A stretch of 64,000 nucleotides of DNA. Source: Eledone cirrhosa. Its lineage: Eukaryota. Both the position numbers and the translations under genes were made by a program. The notes below the pieces were generated by a model. The model did no database searches, was not told the origin of the DNA, and worked only from the letters and a program-made list of their open reading frames with translations. Positions 13,659 through 23,943 of the stretch are shown piece after piece. The stretch lies in contig OZ024743.1 of assembly GCA_964016885.1 (NCBI GenBank), positions 362,762,001-362,826,000 on the forward strand, in the 5' to 3' direction. How positions within the stretch are numbered: the stretch's first letter is position 1; every line of letters begins with the position of its first letter.

Positions 13659-13692
13659 ATTGAAAAGGAGTGGAAAAGATGGGAAAGACCAC

Positions 13693-15639
13693 TTACCTTA
13701 CTTCTCGTAGAGGAAGGACGGTTTTTCCATCCTTTTCACTGCTGGTGGCCTCCTCAGGAAGGATGTCCTTATAAATCCTCCTGGAGAGTGCTTGTCGGAA
13801 GTCTCCAATGTCTTTGGGGAATTTTTATGTGATGCGACTGATTTGTATGTGTGGAGGTGGTGTGAATTTTTGGGTTGTTGTGTAGTCTTTTTCTGTGATG
13901 CTGGTGTTGTGTTGGATGTAGTGTAATAATTGGTTGTTGTTCAAATTTAATGCTGTGTAGTGTGTATCGTTTTGGTTGTTTTGTTTTGTTTGCGTTTGTT
14001 GTGGGTTTCTTTCTGTTTCGCATTTTGGTGACTTTTGTGGTGTAGGTGATGGTGGTGTTGGGGTTAATGATGGTGATGGTGTTGGTGTTTGGAGTGATGG
14101 GGTTGGTGATACTGGTGTGGGTGGTGGCATATCTGTCCTAACTTTTTTGTTTGTTAATTTATTTGTTTCCCTCTGTATTTTGTTTTTGGAGGGGGAAGGA
14201 AGAGAATTTTTTCTCTTTTGGTTTCTTTTTTTTTTTCCTGACACCGTTTCCCACTACTCGTCGTCACAATCTGTCTCCAGTTGTGATAGGCCGGGGAGTG
14301 GAAAATCCTCCACAGGCGTTAGTTTTGGTTGTGGCGTGGTGGATGGTGTAGGCGCCAGTGCTAGTTCTGAAGCGCTGGGTGGTGGTGGTGTTGGTTTTGC
14401 TGGTGGTGGTGGTGTTGGTTTTGCTACTGTTGCTGGGTTTGTTGCTGTTATAGTTGCTTCTGTTGTTGCTGCTACAGTTGTTACTGCCATCTCTGCTACT
14501 GGTGGTGTTGATGGTTGAGTCACTGGGGTGGGTAGGAGAGGTGGCCTCAACCTTTTAGCCTGAGGGCAGAAAGCCCTTAGGTGGGTTCCTTCACCACAAA
14601 CGACACACCTAGGCCTTCTGCCTTCGACAATTACGGTGAGGTGGCTGCCGTCAGTGAGGTCTATTACCTCTGGGATCTCCTCAATGCTTTTTTGGTCCGC
14701 TTGGATCAGGAGCTCCATCCCAGATCCGGACCAGTTCTCCTGCTTTTCTTTTGCTATTGCTATTATCTTTGTGTTGGCTTCGATGCCGGCGAGGACGGCC
14801 GCTATTAGCCAGGGAATTTCGATGGCTGGTGGAACGTGGGTCACCCTGATCTTTACGAGTCTCTGGCCACAATAGCTTGGGACGAGTGTGAAGTCGTCAC
14901 TTCTTAATGGGGCCATGGAGTGTTCTCTAGCCTCCTCTGGTGTTTCAAAGAACACGTCCACGGTTCCATACTTCTGTCCACGTCTGATGTAGGTTTTTCT
15001 TGCCCACACATGTCCCAAAGCTTTTTGGATTTGGGACTCGGATGCCCGTTCCACTCGGCGCGATTCTACATTAATTGTTCGATGCTCCATTTTATTAGGT
15101 GGCGGGGGGGGGGCTGACCCTGTACCCATCTTTCTTTACCATTTTTTTGGCATTTTCTAATTCCTCCTGAGTTACCGTAAATGCTTCGCACTGTTTTGTT
15201 ACTCTGGCAAAACTCAGGGTGGTTTTTTTAATGTCATTGTTGCTGTTGTTGTTATCGTTATTTTTGTTATTATTAATTTTAGTTTCAGTTGTGGTGGTGG
15301 TGGTGACGTCAGTGGTGTTCGATGTGGATGAGTTCATTTTGGTTGAAAACATTTCGACATTAGGAGTTGATTTATTTTTCCTTTTGTTTCTGTCGTCGCG
15401 GTGGTGGGGGGGGGGAGGGTCGCGGTGGTGGTGGTGGTGGTGGCTTTAACACCTGCAGTCATTGGTAATGGCGGGAAATGAATGTCTGCCTGAGACAAAT
15501 TTAAAATATTGCTACTGCTTATATTTTTTTTAGTGTTGGCAAACGTAGTAACATTTACAATGGTGGTGTCGGTGTGAGGTGTTAATTTGTGAGGAAGGCT
15601 CTCAGCTGCTTGGTGCAGAGGTGAATTAGCCATTTTCAT
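13693..15639 (-). pseudogene. ORF1 of copy B (gag-like, CCHC zinc knuckle)
   Basis: EGRRPRCVVCGEGTHLRAFC in ORF 14254-15129; Pro/Thr-rich linker; ends LREVR-stop. Confidence 0.85.
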
Positions 15640-15842
15640 TTCAAAGAAATTTTTTGATAATCATAAAAGTTTAAATTTTGGGCACAAGGCCCCAATCTTT
15701 TTGGGTGTCCTTTTCGGAAAACAATATATGTGCGCTTATAAACAGTTAACAATAACATTTTCCATAAATGGCAATTTTTAACAAACGGAAATAACAAACC
15801 TTTGCGGAGCTCACGATGATACGATTTACTATGTAGGTCGCC

Positions 15843-15880
<38 letters not shown>
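15843..15880. repeat. (AAT)n microsatellite abutting the 5' end of copy B
   Basis: About 12 perfect AAT units seen directly. Confidence 0.95.
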
Positions 15881-15882
<2 letters not shown>

Positions 15883-17118
15883 GGACGATTTGTTATGTCT
15901 TCATTACGTTTATTGAGTATTGACGCGCGTTTCGCTAATGATCAGCTCAAGGTTCGATCTGTATCGATCTAGCTCGACTCTGGAATCAGAGTTTAGAGAT
16001 GTCTGTAACGATTCACATTCTTTTATGGTGGTCAGTTCTTGTTGTTTTATTGGTGGTTTTGCTATAAGGAATGTTTTGGCATGTGTGATAGGTTGGGGGA
16101 AGGATGATAATTACGAGGTGGTGGGGAGCGATGGTTGGTTTGAGTTGCGGGGGTGTGGCGTTTTGGTTGTTTATGTGTGTTAGATTTTCATGTGTTGATT
16201 TTTTGTAGTACAGCACCGCACTTTTTCATCTCCCATCACGCATAACACATAACAACCTCCACACCCACACCCAGCACCTTCGGCTCACCACATACACGCC
16301 ACAATGTCTATGAAACAGCCAAAACACCACGCACCCGCAACTCACACCAGCCATCGCTCCCCACAACCACCACCACCACCACCACCTATCACATATACCA
16401 AAACATTCCTTATAGCAAAACCACATCTAGTTAAATATAACTGATTATTTAATAGTTATTATGATATTTATAACATCGCTGTTGCAACTTTAACATTAAT
16501 ATATATATATATATATAAGTATGTACACGTACATACATATATGTATACAGACGTACAGTAGTATGTATATATATATACATACATGCACACATATATATAT
16601 GTGTAAGAGTGGGAAATGAAATTTCGTTTCATTTTTTCCGTTTATATATATATATATATTTATTCACTCCGTATAATTTCATCTTTTCTTATATGATATT
16701 AGTTCTGCAGTAAATATCTTTCAAACGTAACACTGGTCAATTTGATGGATTGCTTGTACAATTTATGAATATTACTTCGATAAAAGTCTTTAACTTCCAA
16801 TTCATAATTGGAAAGTTACTAATCTTCCAAATAACATTTAAGTATTGTAATACATCTGACAGCCTGTTATTTGACCAGCTATTTAATTAGATAAGTGAAT
16901 TATATTATCTGTCGTTCTCGAATGACTTGTATTGATATTTTATTAATCGTCTTGCATTTTAATAAAACTCTAATGATTCCTATAGTTTATTCTAACTAAT
17001 AGCAAATTGTTAAATAAAATAACTTGCTGTTGGTGGTATATTCCTATGGAAAGAAACAATTGTTAATGATTAAATGTCTTGAACTTTTAATTTTGGTTTA
17101 TAAGCACATCGTAATTAA

Positions 17119-17245
<127 letters not shown>

Positions 17246-17319
17246 TGTGTGTGTGTGTATATATATATGTATGTATGTATGTATGTGTATGTGTATGTAA
17301 AAGGTAAACAGATATAACA

Positions 17320-17460
17320 ACACAATCGGTGTAGTATATAGAACGAATATATTAGGTTAACGCTTGAAATAACAGGAAGAGGGTCTTAACGTTTCGCACA
17401 CTAGTCCTTCATCAGGAGACAGAATGAGAAATTAGATCGATTCAAGGGACGGGCGGGGTG
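17320..17460 (-). repeat. Hammerhead-bearing dispersed repeat (second copy ~42225-42380, plus strand)
   Basis: CTGATGAAGGACTAGTGTGCGAAACGTTAAGACCCTCTTCC (minus) matches CTGATGAAAGACTAGCGTCCGAAACGTTACGACCCTCTTCC at ~42276-42318, with flanking homology. Confidence 0.65.
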
Positions 17461-18053
17461 GAATTGGAAAAAAACGTTTATAGAGAATAATAATAGGTCC
17501 ATCCATGTTGCCATCTCATTTATATATTACTCACACCCTCTGTCCTCTACCTCCTCTTACTTCCGGTTTCTCTCTATATATACTCTTTCTCTCTATATAT
17601 ATTCACTTTACTGAGAATCGCCACGGAAAAACATAGCTCCTCTGTTATTATGGCCACCGGGCTTATACCCATCGGCTTGGTATAACTTAATCTATTTTCT
17701 CTTCGGTTACTTACATACATGTGTCATTGTCCTGTGTTCCCCCTTCTATCGGTATGTTTACTTCGTTTTTTCCTTTTTTCCTTTTTTCCTTTTTTCCTTT
17801 TTTCCTTTTTTCCTTTTTTCTTCTTCCCTTTTTCTTTCATCTTCTCTCTCCACTATCACTTCTTTCCCTCATGGCCTTTTGATAGATAAAAGGCCATGGG
17901 CGCGCTACTGATCGATGTTATGTTTAAAGCACCGAAACATCCAAGATCCGTAGTAAACAGCTGACGAAGGGAAACGTTTCTTCTCTTGTTTGTGTCCTGA
18001 TTAGCTTCTAACACTTCGTTTTCTTCAACCACACAGCCTCGCTCCCTAACCCG

Positions 18054-18109
<56 letters not shown>

Positions 18110-18193
18110 GTAGTAAACGTTTAGCAGAAATATCCAAAGGTAAGAGCATTCAGTCTACGAGTTTTGTATAAATAATTACAACAGTGACATAAA

Positions 18194-18241
18194 CAGGTAC
18201 ATAAGTTTCGTTGGGTTCTGGACCTCAACTCATTCAGCCTG
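18194..18241 (-). ncRNA. Hammerhead-like motif with CUGAAUGA core variant (second copy 30932-30979)
   Basis: CAGG-CTGAATGA-GTTG...CAAC-GAAAC-TTAT-GTA-CCTG; stems I and II pair. Confidence 0.6.
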
Positions 18242-18654
18242 TCATAAGAAAAAGAAAAATCAAGATGGCCGCCTGGGGTTGATTGTGCTTTCTTTTTAGA
18301 AATATATCACAAGAGTTTAAACAAGGGCAGGTAATTTATCAAAGGAGATAATCTGTAGAGAATGTAAGAACATATAGTTCCGCTATGTCTTCTTATATTC
18401 TCTACAGATTATCTCCTGTTAAAGTTTAATATATTATTTTATGCATGTATGTCATTCGATATATATGTATGTATATATGTCAATTAATATTTTATGATAA
18501 CTGCTCGGCTTTATTCCTTAGAATCATTCTTTGAGCTTCTACAGGTGATAGGGCGTATGTTTGAGATTTTCTCAAACATGACATCTACATTTTGAATCTA
18601 CATTATAATGATATTAAATAAATGGAAACTATATTTATGAAACCATATTTATTC

Positions 18655-18705
18655 TATTATATATATTTCAAGGGTACCAAAACTTTGGTACGCTTTCATC
18701 AGATA
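18655..18705 (-). ncRNA. Minimal hammerhead ribozyme
   Basis: TAT-CTGATGA-AAGcGTACCAAA gt TTTGGTACcCTT-GAAA-TATATA-TA-ATA. Confidence 0.7.
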
Positions 18706-19026
18706 AAATACAAAGTTTGTTTATAAATATAGTTTCCATTTATTTAATATCATTGAATTATACTCCAGAAAACTTGTCGAGTGCTCTGAATCAGTTATAA
18801 TCATTTATATTTGTTGAATTACCAATAAATTGAATATCCCTTTTGCTTATATATATATATTATGTATGTATATAACAGAGTTTTGTAGCTTGCTTGAAGC
18901 ATTGTTTAATAGGAAGTAAAAATTTTAATTTTGAAGACCAGCACAATGCTTATGGAGAATGTTAAATTGCAATTTAACATTCTCCATGCGGATTGTGTTG
19001 GTCTTCAAAACTTAAATTTGTGTTTC

Positions 19027-19065
<39 letters not shown>

Positions 19066-19689
19066 GGATAGCTGTCCGTCCCGATGACACGTGTCGGGTA
19101 ACAACGAAACAGCTTCCTCATGAAATTTACATCAAAGTAGTTTTGGGGGAGATTGAGTATGACACAAGGAGTGTCAAGGCTGACATTTAGAATTGTAGTT
19201 ACAACTCATTTTTCCAGCCGTGTGCACTAGAGCAATGTGAAAAATGTATCTTAGTGAAAGACACAAGGCTGTGCTGGGAATCAAACTCTCGACCTTACGA
19301 TTGCCCATGATCACGCCCATGGAAAGATGAGTTGTAACTAGAATTCTAAATGTCAGCCTTCTTGGTGATGGAGATAGTGGTAATAAAATAAAAATACTAG
19401 AAAAAATTAATGTATAAGTCTGAGAAGGATAGGAGGGTTGACACAGAAGAAACGGTCTAATTGGTCTGTTTTAGTAATAGAAATAGAAGAGTGTATCAAC
19501 ATCAACGACAACAACAACAGCAGTCACAATTGTCATTAAGGGTGATCTTAATGGTAATTACAATGGATGCTTAATGCGTGGCTAAAGCATGTGCTTTTAG
19601 GTGGTCATGTTGCGGTTTATTGTGTGGCTGTGATGGAAATCTTTATGTGTGCGTTCGAATTATTGACGACAACAGCAACAGTAATAATA

Positions 19690-19870
19690 ATTTTTCTACT
19701 TTTGGCACAAGGCCAGCAATTACCCCGGTGCATTACTGGTGCTTTGTTTTATCGACCCCATAAGGATGAAAGGCAAAGTTAACCTCGGCGGGATTTGAAC
19801 TCAGAACGTAAAGGGCCATAACTCTATGCTGTAAAGCATAGTGTCTGAGGCTCTACCGATACTGTCAATA
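19690..19870 (-). mobile_element. tRNA-derived SINE, Nin/Deu-domain type
   Basis: B box GAGTTCAAATCC, central TTGCCTTTCATCCTTATGGGGTCGATAAA, tail GGCCTTGTGCCAAAAGTAGAAAAATTATTATT; homologous to 46025-46215. Confidence 0.8.
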
Positions 19871-20604
19871 TTAATAACACCAACAACTGTAGCAGCAGCA
19901 TCATAAACAACTACGGTACGTAAATCAGAATATTTCTCAGAAACCAATTGATAAATGGTGTGGTAAATAAATATACACATATAGACATGGGGTGATGTTC
20001 AGTATCTGACACATGTTGATATAAATAAATTGAAGATTATCGAGAGAGAAAAACAACAAACCTATTCACTGCATTCCAAAAAATCATTGAACAGTTTATC
20101 AAACATGATTGCAAATATAGTTTATAAGAGAAACCTTACCTTGTACTCTCTATATACAAAACCTAACTTTGCTAGTCACTAGTTGATAAGCAACCAGAAA
20201 CAAACCAAATTCCAAGTGCTTACCAATATGTCCGAACACGGAAGAGCTGAACTTCCACTGTCATCGCCTCAATCTCCCCCCCCCCCCATTGGTAATGGTA
20301 ATAAAATTAAAATAAAGTGGAATAAAAATAAAAATAAAGGAAATAACTAAAACAAAATTAATTAGTGTAAGTAGGTAGAGGGGATAACTGAGAAGACAAA
20401 CTTCAGGTACGTTTTAGTAACAGGGAAGTGTGTCGGCATCAGTGACAACAACAACAACTACCACAATCGTCATCAAGGGTGGTACTAATGGGATTTACAA
20501 TGGACGCTTAAACATCATACAATCACCATTTGTGGCGACAGCAGCAATGGAAGTAGGAGTAACAACAGCGCCAGTAACAACAACGATCAAGTAACAGCAA
20601 CACC

Positions 20605-20635
<31 letters not shown>

Positions 20636-21309
20636 TTAACGACGGCGACGGCGACGACGATTAAAAACATCATCACCACCAACAGCAATATTAATAACAG
20701 TAACGGCATCAATAATGATGATGATGATGACGATGACAGGGTTGATGTAGTAGTGGACTATTAGTATTTCATGAATGGCGAAATGAAATAAGATATAATG
20801 AGAAGATACAATAAATTGAGTGAGAGAATTGAGTAACAGAAAACCAAATACTGCAAACAATCTGTTCAATGCTATGTCGATATTGGCCCCCACTGCACTA
20901 ATAATGTTTTCTAACAAATGGGTTCGAGGCCTTAAATTTGTAAGCCCGCCTAGACTGCTGAGATTTATATTATATGATTGATGGTTCACACTAATGCCAG
21001 ATGAAAAAGATGCTAGAAATAGCACCCAAATTTACCTAAAATCGCAACTTACCGTCTTTAAAACAATGGAAAGATACATGGAATAATGTAATTCTGGATA
21101 GATTATGCTTGAATTAAAGGCTGGAAAGCTTTTAATCATAAGTACGCTAACTCAGAGTTGACCTAGGGCTGAACTTGGACAGGATTTCATATAACTGAAA
21201 CAGTGGAGAAAAAAATATTTAGAAAGGTGTTTGTTTAGTGCAAAGTCTGCAGGCTGAAACACATCAGGGGTGACAATGGGGAGGGTACAACAAATGTTGC
21301 TGACAGAAG

Positions 21310-21870
21310 TCATACGGAACTTGCTTCTTCTAAGAACACAACAGCATTAAAGAACACCTCAACACACGCATTCTCATTCAAAAAACACATTGACAAATGC
21401 GGAAACACCAACAAAGATATAACAGTCAATATTGAAGCCAGAGAGAGAAATGTTGTCAATTTAAGAATAAAGGAAGCCTTGCTCATACGTAGACTCAACC
21501 CACAAATCAGTATCAGATTAGCACTCTGCACACAATACTTAACATAAAAGGACACACCCACACGCACACACACACGCAACCTGAACAACATCGCACACAA
21601 GAATATTGATTGCATGAAATATGACATCGGCGATTGACGTCATCCTCCAGCTTCTCGTGAATAATCCATCAAACATCAAACAACGTTTGAAAGCGGTTTC
21701 TAAAATCTAAATCTAAATCTAATTCCAAAGAGAAGACACCGGAACATTTTTCTCTGGGAGTTACGTAAATCAGAATATTTCTCAGTAACCAATTGATAAA
21801 TGGTGTGGTAAATAAATATACACATATAGACTCTGAAGAAGCGAATTTTAAGTCCCGAAATATTAGGATG
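21310..21870 (+). mobile_element. Penelope-like 3' remnant (GIY-YIG C-terminus + decayed hammerhead)
   Basis: Plus strand encodes IKEHL...NIEARERNVVNLRIKEALLIRRLNPQI; CTGAAGA...CGAAATATTA at 21833-21865. Confidence 0.65.
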
Positions 21871-22079
21871 AACGAAACCAAACAAAAAGAAAAGGTTATC
21901 AGGTATTTATCTTTTTCGTGACCTTCACCTTACCGACCATTTTGCACTGTTTAGCCTTATTATATATATCGACAGTCGATCGACTTTCATCAAATCGGAA
22001 CAGGGCAACAATGTTTCCATTTGTCTTTCCAATAATATCTATCTTTCTAATAATATCTATCGGTCGCAACTCTAAGTAG

Positions 22080-22260
22080 AAGGAGCAACCTGAAATAAAG
22101 TGTCTTGCCCAAAAGACAACGCCGAGTCCGGGATATATATATGTGGAGCAACGTGAGGAATGTGAAATAAAGTGTCTTGCTCAAGGAAACAACACATCAC
22201 CCGGTCCGAGAATTGAACTCACAACCTTTCGATTGCAAGCCCAATGCTCTAACCATGCGC
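22080..22260 (-). mobile_element. tRNA-derived SINE fragments (CCTTGAGCAAGACACTTTA family)
   Basis: Homologous to 29655-29860; related fragments at ~19060-19310 and ~44205-44370. Confidence 0.65.
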
Positions 22261-22521
22261 GCATATATATATATATATATATAGTACATTATGAAGAGAG
22301 AAGAAGTTTAGGTATGATACATCTTATTACTAATTATATCTAAATGTTTCTTCTCTCTTCATAATGTACTTTAAAGCTCTGATACTGGTTCAGTCTAATT
22401 CATTCGGATTGGTTTGTCCCAGTTATTCATAGAGCAACATCGGTTAAGGTTGGCACCATTAACTCAGGGATGGATGTGGATATACTCATGTATCTGTGTG
22501 TTTCTCAATATATTGTATATA

Positions 22522-23020
22522 TATATAATGGAAAATTTGAACAGGAACAAAACACAGAGGCAGTACAACGAATGTTTATTAATTTCACGCTCTGGAGAGT
22601 GGGGTGGTGGTGGGGAACGACGTTTCGGGCATAAGCCCTTCTTCAGGTGAAAAGTGTGTGGGAAGAGAGTTCAAAGGGTGTGTAGGGGAGTAGTGGAGAG
22701 ACATATAGCGAAAAGGGGTGGGAGGAAACGGTGCGAATGAAATTAAAAATAAAAGCATGATCAAAATAAAATAAAATTAAAATGGGATAAAACAGGTGGT
22801 GGAAGGGTGTGGGGTGTGTAGGGGTGGTGGCGGGTGGAGTGGGGAGAGGGAGACGGGGTGTCCGAGCGGGGAGGGCTGAAGGTGGTGTGTGTGTGTAGGT
22901 GTACGTGTGTGTGTGTATGTGAAAGCAAGGGTTGGGGGAAGAACGGGGTTGCATGTTCAGGAAGAGGTGTGTGTGGGGTGGGGTGTAGGTCGGAGTGTGT
23001 GTGCGTGTGTGGATAGAGGG
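22522..23020 (-). repeat. 3' pseudo-LTR of the Penelope-like element
   Basis: Direct repeat of 26828-27329. Confidence 0.9.
22615..22650 (-). ncRNA. Minimal hammerhead motif in the pLTR (second copy 26922-26957)
   Basis: CTGAAGA-A-GGGC ttat GCCC-GAAACGTC; stem I is weak. Confidence 0.65.
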
Positions 23021-23943
23021 GTGGGGGGAGAGGAATCCGGAGGCTGAAGGTGTAAATATGTGGTGGAAAGCACGTGTGTGTGGGGTTTAAGCGTGTTGTG
23101 GGTGTAGGTGGCGTGTGGGAAAAAAAATTTTTTTTTGGTGTGTGTGGGTGAGTTATAAAGGTGATTCCGTAAGATGTGGTTGAAAGGTTGGTAAACTCCT
23201 AGGATGGTAGTTGATTCCGCGGTCAAGCTCCACATACGAGTAATCCATGAAGAGATGGTCGGAAGAGGAGAGATGTGGGGTGCCCGCGCAACAGGAAGTG
23301 CTCAAGGCGGTAGGAGTGCTGTGTGTCTGTGTGTGCTGGGAGGTGGTCAGAGGGCATAGCAGCAGTAGGGTGGAATGGTAAAGGGGCGAGGATGGGTAGG
23401 TGTGAAAGTTGGAGTGAGGAGGGTGTGTGTATTAGTAGAGGTGTTAGTGGGATGAGTGAGTGTGGAGAAAGGGTTGAATGCAGGTGTGAGTGGGGGTTAG
23501 TGGTGGTAGGGTGTGTAGAGTTGGTGGTGTACGAGGGTGTGTGGGTACGTGTGCGTGGGGTTGGGGGTGTTAGTGATGTTAGTTGCGTGTGAGGTGGGTG
23601 GTGTAAGTGGGTGCGTGTATTCGTGTGCTTGGGGTCAGGGGGTGTTAGTGATGTTAGTTGCGGGGTGGTGGGATGGATGTGTGGGGGTGAGGGTTAGTGG
23701 TGGTAGTAGGGTGTGTGTTTAGTATGAGCGCGTGTATATATGTGCCGGTGGGTGTGTGCGTGTGATAAGGAGGGGGGGGGGAGAAGAAGGGAGGGATGTT
23801 AGTATGTTAGTTGGGGAAGTGTGGTCGGATGAGAGGTGGAGTGGAGGTGTTAGTATTGTTAGTTGTGGGGTGGGCGGTGAAAAGGAGGGGTCTGTTAGTG
23901 GTGTTAGTGGGGGATATGTGTGGGGGGAGGGGGCGGTCGAAGG

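Larger units (their letters stand above)
10023..15842 (-). mobile_element. Tx1/L1-clade retrotransposon copy B, full length; (ATT)n-associated subfamily
   Basis: Starts with GG right after (ATT)n at 15843-15880; ends AATAAATGAAATC-(ATT)n at 10008-10022; 5' motif ATCGTGAGCTC shared with copy A. Confidence 0.93.
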
